This document shows, one piece after another, positions 17,725-26,873 of a stretch of DNA of 64,000 bases; within the stretch, counting starts at the first letter, position 1; each line of letters starts with the position of its first letter. A program made the position numbers and the translations under genes. The DNA is from an uncultured virus (IMG/VR IMGVR_UViG_3300047443_000138) (Duplodnaviria > Heunggongvirae > Uroviricota > Caudoviricetes). Location of the stretch: the IMG/VR virus record IMGVR_UViG_3300047443_000138; one strand, given 5' to 3'. The notes beneath the pieces are model-generated. The model worked only from the letters and a program-made list of their open reading frames with translations. It searched no databases and had not been told where the DNA came from.

Positions 17725-18602
17725 CAGGCGGCTGCTTTCTCGGTGTCGGGGTGGCGCAGGAGGGCTTGTTGGCGGGCGGCGCGTTCCTGCTCGGCCTTAG
17801 CCGCGCGTTCGCGGAGGACGGCGGCGAGCTGGTCGGTGATGTACTTCTCGTTGCCGCCGAGCTGCTTGGCGATAGAGGTGATGGATTCGCCCAGCAGGTA
17901 GAGGTGTTCGATCTCGGCCTTGCGCATCGAGTCGCGGCCGTTCTTGGCGACCGGCTTGTACGGTTTGACCTTCTCCGGTTTCGCCTTCGCGTCGTCGATG
18001 TTGTCGTCCCAGGCGAGAGGGCCGTGCCAATTGCGGCGGGCTGCACTGTGGACTGCGAAGTGGGACGGGCCGGGCTTCCATTGCAGCTGCCGGTATCGGG
18101 CGGTCATGGCCTCGGCGACGGCGGCGCGGATGGTGGCGTACTGACCGTCGAGGATGCGGCCGAGGTAGTTGCTGTTGACGGGCAGGCTGCGGGCGATTTC
18201 GTACAGCGGGTATCCGATGGCGTGCAGTGCCTGGCCGCGGCGGACCGTTCCCGTGCTGTCCGTGGTGGCGTGGAAGGGGATGCCGGTAGGGCCGGCCGAG
18301 GTGAGGTATCGGGCGGCGACTCGGGGTGCGATGGTCTGCTGTCCGCTGAGGAGTTTGCTGATGTCGCCGCTGTTGCCGCCGACGGCTTGCGCGATCTGTA
18401 CGTGGCTGTAGCCCTGGCTGGACCATTCCTCGACGCGCTGCCTTACGGGGGTGGCGTCGACCCGGACGGGTTGCCGGATGGTGGCGATGCGGTACTGCTT
18501 GCAGTACTTGCGGTTGGCTTGCACGCATTCGGGGCGCCGGCAGCCGCGGAGGTAGCAGCGACGCTCTCCGTGTTGGGGCGGGATCTTGGCGGCCGTGGTC
18601 AC
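17724..18602 (-). CDS. Actinophage DNA-binding/Zn-binding early protein
   Basis: HG...Y.RGCR..EC motif, HTH-like repeats, PLAWDD. Confidence 0.7.
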   Translation of the reverse strand: MTTAAKIPPQHGERRCYLRGCRRPECVQANRKYCKQYRIATIRQPVRVDATPVRQRVEEWSSQGYSHVQIAQAVGGNSGDISKLLSGQQTIAPRVAARYLTSAGPTGIPFHATTDSTGTVRRGQALHAIGYPLYEIARSLPVNSNYLGRILDGQYATIRAAVAEAMTARYRQLQWKPGPSHFAVHSAARRNWHGPLAWDDNIDDAKAKPEKVKPYKPVAKNGRDSMRKAEIEHLYLLGESITSIAKQLGGNEKYITDQLAAVLRERAAKAEQERAARQQALLRHPDTEKAAA

Positions 18603-18832
18603 GGCTTCTCCTCTCGGGGCGGGTTGTTGATCTCGTCGAGCAGGGCGCGCAGCCCACGGCCGTTGGCGTGGCGTTCGAGCCGTCGGATGGTGAGGCGGAT
18701 GCGGATTCGGCGGGCGGTCCACCAGGTGCCGCCGAGGCCGCTTGCGACGGCGAGGCCGGGCCCGTAGGTGCGGGCCTTGCCGTCGACCCACACGTAGGCG
18801 TTGGCGAAGGCGTCGATCTGCTCGGGGCTCAC
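18599..18832 (-). CDS. Hypothetical protein
   Basis: GTG coupled to the upstream stop, GGAGG RBS. Confidence 0.6.
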   Translation of the reverse strand: MSPEQIDAFANAYVWVDGKARTYGPGLAVASGLGGTWWTARRIRIRLTIRRLERHANGRGLRALLDEINNPPREEKP

Positions 18833-18945
18833 GTCCGCCTCCAGGGCTTGCTGCACAGCCAGCCGATGAGGACTCCGAGCCCGCTGGAGGCGACGACGGC
18901 GACGGGCAGCCAGCCGAGGTTCGCGTGGTTGAGGAAGTCGTTCAT
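18829..18945 (-). CDS. 38-aa membrane peptide
   Basis: MNDFLNHANLGWLPVAVVASSGLGVLIGWLCSKPWRRT; coupled at both ends; GGAGG RBS; not in the ORF track. Confidence 0.6.
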   Translation of the reverse strand: MNDFLNHANLGWLPVAVVASSGLGVLIGWLCSKPWRRT

Positions 18946-19955
18946 GACGCCTCCCCGAGCCCGTCGAAGGCCAGCTGCTCTTCACGTGGAGCAGGCAGTT
19001 CGACGACGTCGGCCTGCCGTGCTTCGGCAACCTTCGGCGTCGGCTTGGCGAGGGAGGCAGCGACCGCGTCGAACTCCCTCAACGCGTTTCGGAGACTGGC
19101 CCGGATCTCGTTGGCGATGGTCAGAGGGTCTTGGAGTTGCTTCTCCGTCTCCTCCGGCACGTCCCGTGCGGGCCAGACGGTCAGCTTCGCGTCGGCAAGC
19201 CTGGTGGCGGGGATGGTGACGATGACGGTGGGTACGTCTGTGCCGGACTCGCGGAACGCCCCCTCGGTGACCGCTTCGACGGTCCCGCCACGTGCTTCGA
19301 CGAGCGCACGGAATTGCGCGGTCTTGTTCGTCTGGCAGGTGACGGCCCACGACATCACCGACACGAGCAGCCCGTCCGGCTTGAGGAATCGCAGCGCGTG
19401 CTCGACGTGGGCGATGTCGGCGCCTTTGGTGAAGGGCGGGTTCATGAGGACCCGGTCGTACCGGGCCTCTGTGGGCGCGGTGAGGAAGTCGGCGACCTGC
19501 ACGGTTCGCGCGACGCCCGTGTCTGCGAGTACGGCGGCGTACCCGGGGTCACGCTCGATGCAGTCGACGACCGCACCGCTGGCAGCGGCAGTCGTGGCGA
19601 TGGCGCCGGAACCGGCCGACGGTTCGAGGGCTTCCATCCCGGGCTGAAGGTCGGCAAGTTCGATGAGTCGCTCGACGACGGCGGCCGGGGTGGGGAAGTA
19701 CTGGGCCTGCTGCCGCTTCTCCCGCAACGTCACCACCTGTCCGGTCTCCAGGACGGGGGCGATCGCCTCGGCGGCGTCGACGGGGAACACGTGCGCCTGG
19801 ACGCTGGTGGTCCAGCGGCCTCCGACGGCTTCGAGGACTTCGTTGACGAGTTGGTACAGCTTGGGGTCCATGCGCGGGCCGGTGAGGACGAGGCGGTTGC
19901 CGTCGATCTCGGGCCGCTCTGTCAGCACGGCGAGGATGTCGTCGGTGAGCTTCAC
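18942..19955 (-). CDS. N6-adenine DNA methyltransferase-like protein
   Basis: QYFPTP, LEPSAGSG, MNPPF. Confidence 0.88.
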   Translation of the reverse strand: MKLTDDILAVLTERPEIDGNRLVLTGPRMDPKLYQLVNEVLEAVGGRWTTSVQAHVFPVDAAEAIAPVLETGQVVTLREKRQQAQYFPTPAAVVERLIELADLQPGMEALEPSAGSGAIATTAAASGAVVDCIERDPGYAAVLADTGVARTVQVADFLTAPTEARYDRVLMNPPFTKGADIAHVEHALRFLKPDGLLVSVMSWAVTCQTNKTAQFRALVEARGGTVEAVTEGAFRESGTDVPTVIVTIPATRLADAKLTVWPARDVPEETEKQLQDPLTIANEIRASLRNALREFDAVAASLAKPTPKVAEARQADVVELPAPREEQLAFDGLGEAS

Positions 19956-20359
19956 GCTGCCCTCCGCGTCTGGGTGCGGGCGGCCCGTCGTGCGGCACGC
20001 TCCTCGCGGCGGCGGGCGGCGACCATCTCCCGCATGGCGGCGGGGACGCCGATCCACACGTGGACGAGGGACTGGTGGGCGCGCTGGCTGCCGCCGAAGC
20101 CGTGGTGCCGGATGATTCCCGCGTCCTGCAGTCGGGCCGGAAGCGATCCCCATTGGCTGGCCGGGCGGGGCGGGTCGGGCAGCTGCTTGCGGGCGGCGAC
20201 GTCTGCGATCGTGAACGGCTCGCGGGAGTCGGCGGCCTCGACGAACGCGTCCCACACCTCGGTGACCCAGGCCTCGAAGTCGTCGACTATCCGGCGGGAG
20301 ACGGACGGGGCCGCGGCGGCGAGCTCGGAGCCGTCGAACGCGGGTGCGGTGTGGCTCAT
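19952..20359 (-). CDS. Hypothetical protein
   Basis: MSHTAPAF..., AAGGAG RBS, coupled. Confidence 0.65.
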   Translation of the reverse strand: MSHTAPAFDGSELAAAAPSVSRRIVDDFEAWVTEVWDAFVEAADSREPFTIADVAARKQLPDPPRPASQWGSLPARLQDAGIIRHHGFGGSQRAHQSLVHVWIGVPAAMREMVAARRREERAARRAARTQTRRAA

Positions 20360-20604
20360 GACGCGGACTCCTTGATTTCGGCGAGCTCCATGCCGGCGGC
20401 CGGACTGAAGGGGACGGCGCCGACGACGGGCCATGCGGCGACGGTCTCGTCGGGCTCGTATCCGGTGGAGCCCCAGCGGTCGGTGACCATCCAGCGGGCG
20501 GGGTGCGGCGGGGACGGCCAGAGGACGGCGAGCTGCGTGCCCTTCGGGGAGCGGCGGACGGAGCCGATCAGGTCGGCGAGGTGGATGACGGGCTTCTTGG
20601 CCAT
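20356..20604 (-). CDS. Hypothetical protein
   Basis: AGGAG RBS, coupled downstream. Confidence 0.65.
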   Translation of the reverse strand: MAKKPVIHLADLIGSVRRSPKGTQLAVLWPSPPHPARWMVTDRWGSTGYEPDETVAAWPVVGAVPFSPAAGMELAEIKESAS

Positions 20605-20673
20605 GGGGTGTGCTCTCCTATCTGGTGGCGACCGGCCGTATTTCGGGTACGGCCGGCCGCCGAACGGGGTGGG

Positions 20674-21498
20674 TTAGTCGACGAGTTCGCCCTCGATGGG
20701 GCCTTCGTCGACGGGGTCGGCGTCGTCCAGCGCGGTGGGCTGCGGCGGGAGCGGGGCGCTGGCCACAGACGGGGCGGCCGTGAGTTCTCCGGCGACTTCG
20801 GCTTGGGCGCGGAGCTGTTCGCGCATGTACTCGGCGGAGGTCGGCACCCACTTGGCGAGCTGCCGGACCGCGGACTTGAGCCACATGGATTCCTCGCTGG
20901 TGTTCCACGGGCTGTAGTCGGAGTTCTTGGAGTCGGACTTGGCGCGGATCTCCATGACGCGCTTGCGGTTGAGGACGACGACCTTGGAGACGGCTCCGTC
21001 CTTCATGACCGCGTAGGCGTAAACGCCGACGAGGTCGCCGCGGTCGGCGCCGAACCAGTCGATGCCGTGGACGGGGCGGTCGTCGCGGCCAGGCACGTAC
21101 TGGAAGGAGTCGCCGGCGCGGACGGCCTCGACGATGACTGTGGAGACCGCACCGGCCCGGTAGATGAGTTCGACAATGCCCTGGTAGCCGACGATGCCCT
21201 TGATGATCTGGCGGCCGTTGTGGGCCTTGCTCTTGCGCGGGGTGAGGTAGAACTGCTCGGTGCCAGGCTCCAGGCCGAGACGGGCGGCGACCTTCATCTC
21301 GCGGAGGAACACGCCGACATCGGTCTGCGCGGCGGCCATGAGGTTCTTGTCGCCGCGGATGGCTCCGACGGCGAGGCGGATCCACTGGTCGGCGTTGACG
21401 TGGGACGGGACGAGGGCGGCGTACTCGTCGCGGTACTGCTCGATCTGGGCGGCGGGCCCGTCGTCTCGGGTGGCGATGGCGTTGCTGATCTGGCTCAT
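20674..21498 (-). CDS. recT: RecT-family single-strand annealing protein
   Basis: AARLGLEP...YL.P...IVGYQG..LIYR, PW....MWLKSAVRQLAKW.P.S. Confidence 0.92.
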   Translation of the reverse strand: MSQISNAIATRDDGPAAQIEQYRDEYAALVPSHVNADQWIRLAVGAIRGDKNLMAAAQTDVGVFLREMKVAARLGLEPGTEQFYLTPRKSKAHNGRQIIKGIVGYQGIVELIYRAGAVSTVIVEAVRAGDSFQYVPGRDDRPVHGIDWFGADRGDLVGVYAYAVMKDGAVSKVVVLNRKRVMEIRAKSDSKNSDYSPWNTSEESMWLKSAVRQLAKWVPTSAEYMREQLRAQAEVAGELTAAPSVASAPLPPQPTALDDADPVDEGPIEGELVD

Positions 21499-22445
21499 GC
21501 GGCGGAGTCCTTGCTGGTGTAGGGGCTGAGGCTGTAGGTCTTGCCGTCGCGGACGGTGCGGTAGGCGATGCGGCGTTCGCCGACGACGGCCCGCTTGCCG
21601 GTGCCGATGTGGTCGAGCACGACGCCCTTCGCGGCGGTCAGCTCGGTGGCTGCGGCCTTGGCTGCGGCCTGCGCGTTCTCGTAGCGGGCGGCGTCTTCGG
21701 CGGGGATCTCAACGTCGACGTCTTCGAGGCCGTCGGGCTGGACGCGGATGGTCTGGTAGGTGTCGTCGGCGCCGTCGATCGGCGGGCGCTCCTGATCGCG
21801 GACGGTGCGCAGGAATTCGGCCGCCGTTTTCCGCATCAGCCGGGCGTCGGCCTCGTCGTAGGCGACGGTGTATTCGCGGTAGTCCAATCCGCCGATCAGC
21901 ACGGCCAGGTGGCAGATCTTGAGGCCGAGGGTGTCGAGCTGCCACTGGATCTGGCAGCGGTAGTGCAGCGGGTACTCATCCGTGCCGGACGGGCCCCAGC
22001 CGTCGCCGAACGGGCTGGTCTTGACCTCCAGGAGACCGACGGCCTTGTCCGGCACCTCGAAGACGTTCGCGGGCGCCTCGTACACGAGCCGGTCTGGGGT
22101 GGCGCGCTGCCAGTTCCGCTCCCGGTTCCGCCACGTGCCGGCCGGAGCGGCGAGCATCCCGGGGTGCTCTTCCTCCCACTTGAGGGCGACCGGGTCCTCG
22201 AGCCGGTTGCCCCACTCGATGGCCGGGGTCATCTCGAACGGGCCGGTCGGGAGGCCCGACTTCTTGTGCCAGAGGCTGAAGCGGGACTGCCACGGGGACA
22301 GGCCCATCACGGCGGCGATCTCGGTGGCGGTGATGGTGAGCCCGGTGCGGGCCTCGTCCCAGGCTGCGGTGCCCGGCGTGAGGTGGCCGATCAGGACCCC
22401 GTCAGGTGCCGGATACGGGTGGTCTGTGGTGTCTGTGGTGCTCAT
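21495..22445 (-). CDS. YqaJ/lambda-exonuclease family protein
   Basis: W...R....ATEIAAVMGLSPW, WGN.LE, ATPD, LEVKT, Y.CQ.QWQL; next to recT. Confidence 0.92.
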   Translation of the reverse strand: MSTTDTTDHPYPAPDGVLIGHLTPGTAAWDEARTGLTITATEIAAVMGLSPWQSRFSLWHKKSGLPTGPFEMTPAIEWGNRLEDPVALKWEEEHPGMLAAPAGTWRNRERNWQRATPDRLVYEAPANVFEVPDKAVGLLEVKTSPFGDGWGPSGTDEYPLHYRCQIQWQLDTLGLKICHLAVLIGGLDYREYTVAYDEADARLMRKTAAEFLRTVRDQERPPIDGADDTYQTIRVQPDGLEDVDVEIPAEDAARYENAQAAAKAAATELTAAKGVVLDHIGTGKRAVVGERRIAYRTVRDGKTYSLSPYTSKDSAA

Positions 22446-22576
22446 GGTTCCTGCTTTCGGGTGTCGTGAGGTGGGGCCGCCGCCTGTTGGCTGGGGGGTT
22501 GCCGCGAGGCGGCGGCCCTGGGTGCCGCGGAGCGCGAGGGGGGCGCGCTACACCGCGGCGGTATGGGAGGTGTTGG

Positions 22577-23569
22577 TCAGGCGGTGGTGTCGGCTGCCCG
22601 CTTCTCGGCGAGCTGCTTCTTGTGGGCCTCGTACTCGTCGTGCCACTGCTGCGGGTTGTGGCCGGCCTTCTCTGCGGCGTCCCACGCCCACTCGCCGATC
22701 TCGCCGGACTCCAGCTGCTCGTTGAGGTCGCGGACTGTCGCCTCGGCCAGGTCCGGGTCGGCCTTCTTCAGGGCCTGCAGGAGCCGGTACGCGGACCAGG
22801 CGTAGATGCTGGAGTGGACGTGGGCGTAGAACTCGTCGGGCTTGTCGATGGACTTGCCGTGCATGTCAGCGCCCGAGCGCAGGGTCTGCCGGAGCGCGTT
22901 CTCCGCCATCTCCGCTACCGCTCCGGGGGCAGGGGGTGCGGTGATCTCGACAGGCTCGCCTCCCTGGCCGAGGCTCCCAGCCCATGCTTCGAGGGCTGTG
23001 GCGCGGTCCTTCACGTCGCCGCTGTAGCGGCACGGCATCTGCATGCCGAGGAAGTCGTCGCCGACTAGCAGGAGCGGCTTCTCGGCTGCGCTCTGCCACA
23101 TGCGCAGGTGGCTGTCGGCGTGCTTCCAGCGGGCCAGCATCTCGGTGTCGAGGCTGAGCAGTGCCTCGGCGGTTGCGGCTTCCTGCAGCGCGTCGCGGAA
23201 CAGGTGCTGCCACTTGGGCCAGGTCAGATCCTTCGCCGGGACCAGGAGCTTGCCCCGGTCGTCGGTGATGGTCAGCCCGTCCGTACCCGCCGCCAGGTCG
23301 AGGATGGTGTCGCCTTCGTGGGTTGCCAGCCAGGCGGACACCCAGTCGAGGTCTGCCTCGTTGATGATGGCGGCCCAGGTGTCGGTTTCCTCTCGGACCT
23401 TCGTTCGGGCTGCGGCGAAGGTGAAGCGGTCGGTGGCGAGCGCGTGGATGTGGACGCCGTCGCACTCGAAGCGGATGCCGTTGATGGGCGGCAGGGTGTC
23501 GTCGGGGCTGATGTGCGGGCGGGTCTGCTTGATGAGCCGCTGGAGCTTGTGGGCGTTGATCGTGGTCAC
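22577..23569 (-). CDS. Beta sliding-clamp-like protein with a C-terminal extension
   Basis: D.TLPPINGI.FE...ALATDRF and terminal KP....F.GMQMP resemble DnaN domains. Confidence 0.6.
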   Translation of the reverse strand: MTTINAHKLQRLIKQTRPHISPDDTLPPINGIRFECDGVHIHALATDRFTFAAARTKVREETDTWAAIINEADLDWVSAWLATHEGDTILDLAAGTDGLTITDDRGKLLVPAKDLTWPKWQHLFRDALQEAATAEALLSLDTEMLARWKHADSHLRMWQSAAEKPLLLVGDDFLGMQMPCRYSGDVKDRATALEAWAGSLGQGGEPVEITAPPAPGAVAEMAENALRQTLRSGADMHGKSIDKPDEFYAHVHSSIYAWSAYRLLQALKKADPDLAEATVRDLNEQLESGEIGEWAWDAAEKAGHNPQQWHDEYEAHKKQLAEKRAADTTA

Positions 23570-23679
23570 AGGTTCCTCCGTGGGATGCTGGTGTCGGATC
23601 CCCGGGCGTCTCTAGCGCTCGGGGGTTTCTGCTTGGCCGCCGCCCCTGCCGGCCGGTCTCATCCGGCGGGGGCGGCGAG

Positions 23680-24090
23680 TCAGGGGGCGGCGGGCTCGTC
23701 GGCCACGGCCCACGACGGCGGCACGCGCCCGGGGTTGGTGGTGGCGAACGGCGCCGCGTACAGCGGCAGCACCGGGGTGATGACCGTGATCGGCTGCGTC
23801 TGCGCGGCGGCGGCCTCGGCCAAGGTCCGGATGTCGAGGCGGCGTTCGAGGTCGGCGATCTGGTCTTCCAGCCCGCGGACGGTCTCGCCGTGCCGCTCGT
23901 CGATGCGGGCGATCGTCTCGGCGTGCTCGTGGTCCTGGTCGTCGAGCTGCAGGCGCAGGCCCTTGATGAGCAGTTGCGCGCTGATCAGCTTGCACTGCAG
24001 CAGGTCGACGGTGTCGTCTTCGCGGCGCTTGCCAGTGGGCTTGTCCCGCTTGAAGTGGCTGATGCGGATCGGCAGCAGGCTGATGCTCAC
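23680..24090 (-). CDS. Coiled-coil hypothetical protein
   Basis: GTG coupled, GGAGG RBS. Confidence 0.6.
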   Translation of the reverse strand: MSISLLPIRISHFKRDKPTGKRREDDTVDLLQCKLISAQLLIKGLRLQLDDQDHEHAETIARIDERHGETVRGLEDQIADLERRLDIRTLAEAAAAQTQPITVITPVLPLYAAPFATTNPGRVPPSWAVADEPAAP

Positions 24091-24188
24091 TGGTCCTCCC
24101 GGCGGGCTTGAATGCGGGCGGAGATGCGGGCGCCGGCGAGGAGGAGGAACGGGGTGCTGGTGCACAGGACGATCGCGACGTAGATCAC
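24087..24188 (-). CDS. 33-aa hydrophobic peptide
   Basis: MIYVAIVLCTSTPFLLLAGARISARIQARREDQ, coupled both ends, GGAGG RBS. Confidence 0.55.
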   Translation of the reverse strand: MIYVAIVLCTSTPFLLLAGARISARIQARREDQ

Positions 24189-24424
24189 TTGGCCCTCCGG
24201 ATCTGGTCGGGTCGGATGCCGAGCTTGGCGAGGAGTTCCAGCACTCCGGCGGCGATCACCGGGTCTTTGGCCAGCTCGCGTCCGGCCTGGCGCGGGTCCT
24301 CGTGGTCGAGTGCGTGTGGGTGCTCCTTGCCGAACTGGTCGGCGATGCGCCGTGCGGCCCGGAGCTGCTCGTCTGCCTGCGCGGTGGTCGGCTTCGGGCT
24401 GTAGTCGGTGAGCTCCATGCCCAT
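24185..24424 (-). CDS. Hypothetical protein
   Basis: TGATG coupling. Confidence 0.6.
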   Translation of the reverse strand: MGMELTDYSPKPTTAQADEQLRAARRIADQFGKEHPHALDHEDPRQAGRELAKDPVIAAGVLELLAKLGIRPDQIRRAK

Positions 24425-24924
24425 CACGCAACCGTCCTGGTGATCCGGTCGGTGAGCGTGTTGCGGGCGGCGCTCCACGTCTGCGGGTGGTCCCAGTTCG
24501 CGGCCGGGTAGGCGCCTTGGAGCAGCGCGGTGATCTGCCGGGATCCGCCGGCCGGGAACTTGACGATCTGCCCGTCGGCGGTGAGGGCGCGGGCGACAAC
24601 GTGACGGACGCCGGTGCCGCTGGTGTCGGTCCACAGCGGCGTGACGAGGACCGTGATGGCCCCGGGCGCGATCGCGCGGACACGCCACGAGAGTTGCTTC
24701 AGATGCCTGCGCCGGCGGGAAGCCGAGGCCCGTCGCGGGTGCAGCGGGTGCGTCTCGCGGTCGGCGGTGCGGCGGGCCCGCTGCATCTCCAGCAGTTCAC
24801 CGCGCACGCCCTTCGCCCAGACGCCCATGTCGGGGCCGTAGACGGCGGCGAAGTCCCGGTCCAGCAGGATGAGGGATTCCTCGACGTCGTCGGCCAGCGG
24901 GCGGAGTTCGATCACGGTCGCCAT
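24424..24924 (-). CDS. Hypothetical protein
   Basis: MATVIELRP..., TGATG coupling. Confidence 0.65.
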   Translation of the reverse strand: MATVIELRPLADDVEESLILLDRDFAAVYGPDMGVWAKGVRGELLEMQRARRTADRETHPLHPRRASASRRRRHLKQLSWRVRAIAPGAITVLVTPLWTDTSGTGVRHVVARALTADGQIVKFPAGGSRQITALLQGAYPAANWDHPQTWSAARNTLTDRITRTVA

Positions 24925-25298
24925 CACGCCACCGCCTTCGCAGTGCGCTCGAACGCTGCGATGACGTCGGCGGCGGTGCGTTCGGCGGCGTCGTTCCAGC
25001 CGGTCAGCCGCAGCACGGGCGGCTCGCCGTGGAAGCTGTACAGGTGGAAGTCCTCGATGCGGGCGTTCAGGCGTGCGACGACCGCTTCGAACTCGGCGCG
25101 CCCGTCTTCTCCTTCGCGGGGCGGGACCGGGTCGTCGAAGATGACGACCGACAGGGCCCCGGCCGCACACACCGGGTACTCGCTGCGGCTCTTCTCGATG
25201 CCGACTCCGCTCTCGGGGACGCTGTAGAAGTCGCCCTTGGCGTGGCCGTTCGACTCGATGACCTCGGCGGCCTTCAGGTAGATCTCGGAGAGGGTCAC
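24924..25298 (-). CDS. Actinophage protein (DUF6197-like)
   Basis: AAEVIE..G...G...CAAGAL...WND...RT..DVIA. Confidence 0.7.
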   Translation of the reverse strand: MTLSEIYLKAAEVIESNGHAKGDFYSVPESGVGIEKSRSEYPVCAAGALSVVIFDDPVPPREGEDGRAEFEAVVARLNARIEDFHLYSFHGEPPVLRLTGWNDAAERTAADVIAAFERTAKAVA

Positions 25299-25558
25299 GA
25301 CGCCTCCTGGGGGCGCTTGGTGAGGTTCACGCGGAAGACGGGGATGGTGGAGTCGGGGTCGGCGTCGTGCAGCAGGTGCCGGTACTCGAAGAGGTCGCCG
25401 CGTGAGGCGGTCTTCTCCGCGATCTCCGGGTGGGCGAGGATTTCCCGCAGGCGTTCGGTCCGGGCCTGGACCTTCTGCCGGGCGACGAGGGCCTGCATGT
25501 CGGCGGCTGGACGGTCCGCGCGGGTGATGTGCGGGGCGGGGGTCTGGAAGGCCTTCAT
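25295..25558 (-). CDS. Hypothetical protein
   Basis: MKAFQTP..., GGAGG RBS, coupled. Confidence 0.6.
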   Translation of the reverse strand: MKAFQTPAPHITRADRPAADMQALVARQKVQARTERLREILAHPEIAEKTASRGDLFEYRHLLHDADPDSTIPVFRVNLTKRPQEAS

Positions 25559-26151
25559 GACGTCGCCTCCGTCCACGCGCTGCGGTACACGGTGCGGGTG
25601 ACGAGGACTGCGGCTTGGTTGTGGGCGTTCAGCCCGGTCAGGTTCTCCAGGGCTTGCTCCCGGTCGCGGGCGGCCATCGTGTAGTCGCCGTTGACGAGCC
25701 GGACGCCCCACTCCGGGGTTGCGGCGGGAACGCCGACCTCCACGAGCAGCCGGTCCAGCTGATCGACTGCCTTGGTCCTGGCCGTCTCCGGCATATAGGG
25801 GCGGAGCATGCGGATCAGCTCGTGGCGGAGCTGGTGCCAGCGGGGGGTGGCGGGCTGCGCAGGCCCGGCGGGCATCGGCAGGGCGCCCATGACCTCGACG
25901 GCCGTGGCCAGGTCGGTGATCGGCTCGGCCGCATCGAGGGCGTCCTGGCAGTCCGGGCACAACCCGGTGATGCGCCACTCCGCTTCGTACCGGCTGGCTT
26001 CCTCTTCGTCCCAGAAGACTCGGGTCGTGCCGTCCTCGGCGATGAGCGGCTGGCCACAGCCGATCGGAGCCTTCAGGCACCGGTCCTCGCGCACCGCATC
26101 CGCGGGCAGATCGCCACCGGAGATCGCGGCCAGGAAACTGGGGATGCTCAT
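25555..26151 (-). CDS. Hypothetical Zn-finger protein
   Basis: C....GCG...EW.ITGLCPDCQD. Confidence 0.65.
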   Translation of the reverse strand: MSIPSFLAAISGGDLPADAVREDRCLKAPIGCGQPLIAEDGTTRVFWDEEEASRYEAEWRITGLCPDCQDALDAAEPITDLATAVEVMGALPMPAGPAQPATPRWHQLRHELIRMLRPYMPETARTKAVDQLDRLLVEVGVPAATPEWGVRLVNGDYTMAARDREQALENLTGLNAHNQAAVLVTRTVYRSAWTEATS

Positions 26152-26873
26152 GCCGCCACCGCCTTCGGGGCGGCGTCGTACTGGGTGATGGCCCAGGAGG
26201 CGGCGTGGCACTGGTAGGCGAAGTGGTAGCTGACCTTGTCGAAGTTCCAGTCGCCGACGTCGGAGAAGGCGAAGCCGCCGATCTCGCGTGTCTTGACCTC
26301 GTGACCTTCGCGCGTGTGGCCTTTGTAGATGGCCCACATCGTGGCGTCGTGGGAAGACTCGTGATCCTTCGAAGCCCCGCACGTGCACTCGGCGCGGTAG
26401 GTGACGCCGTGCTCGAAGTCGTAGACCATCTGCATGGCCCAGTCCCGCGAGCACAGGCGGTCGCTCTCCAGGATCTGCTCACGGACCGCAGCGCGCAGAC
26501 CGCGCGGGGCGCCCTCCTTGACCGCGTCCGCGACCTCAGACTTGACCTGAGCGACAAGCCGCTCCCGGTCGTACTCACGGACAGAGTCGGCACCGTTGAC
26601 GAGCTTCGACGCCCACCGGTCTGGCTCCACGCGGATGCCGCGCAGCCAGTCGAACATGTCCTCGGTGTCCGGGCCGAACCGCTCGAAGTGGTACGAGCCG
26701 TGAGACCCGGCGACCAGCAGGTTGAACGGCCACGTCACCACGATCAGACGGTTCATCGACTTCGGTGCCGAGAACTCGATGTGACGGAACAGGCCGTCCT
26801 CGCGCTGCGCCTTCAGCGTCGCCTCGGCGAAGTCGTTCTTGAAGTGGCGGGCGATCTCGGAGTAGTCGGTCAT
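26148..26873 (-). CDS. Conserved phage hypothetical protein
   Basis: DGLFRHIEF...VTWP..L...G..G.Y.F...DMF..LR...WASK. Confidence 0.7.
   Translation of the reverse strand: MTDYSEIARHFKNDFAEATLKAQREDGLFRHIEFSAPKSMNRLIVVTWPFNLLVAGSHGSYHFERFGPDTEDMFDWLRGIRVEPDRWASKLVNGADSVREYDRERLVAQVKSEVADAVKEGAPRGLRAAVREQILESDRLCSRDWAMQMVYDFEHGVTYRAECTCGASKDHESSHDATMWAIYKGHTREGHEVKTREIGGFAFSDVGDWNFDKVSYHFAYQCHAASWAITQYDAAPKAVAA

Noticed and set aside
14968..17901. 977-aa plus-strand ORF and other long antisense ORFs (e.g. 53637-56288, 47528-49525, 11067-12554, 3342-4973)
   Set aside because: Shadow frames of real genes in high-GC DNA; no motifs, and they overlap well-supported genes on the opposite strand
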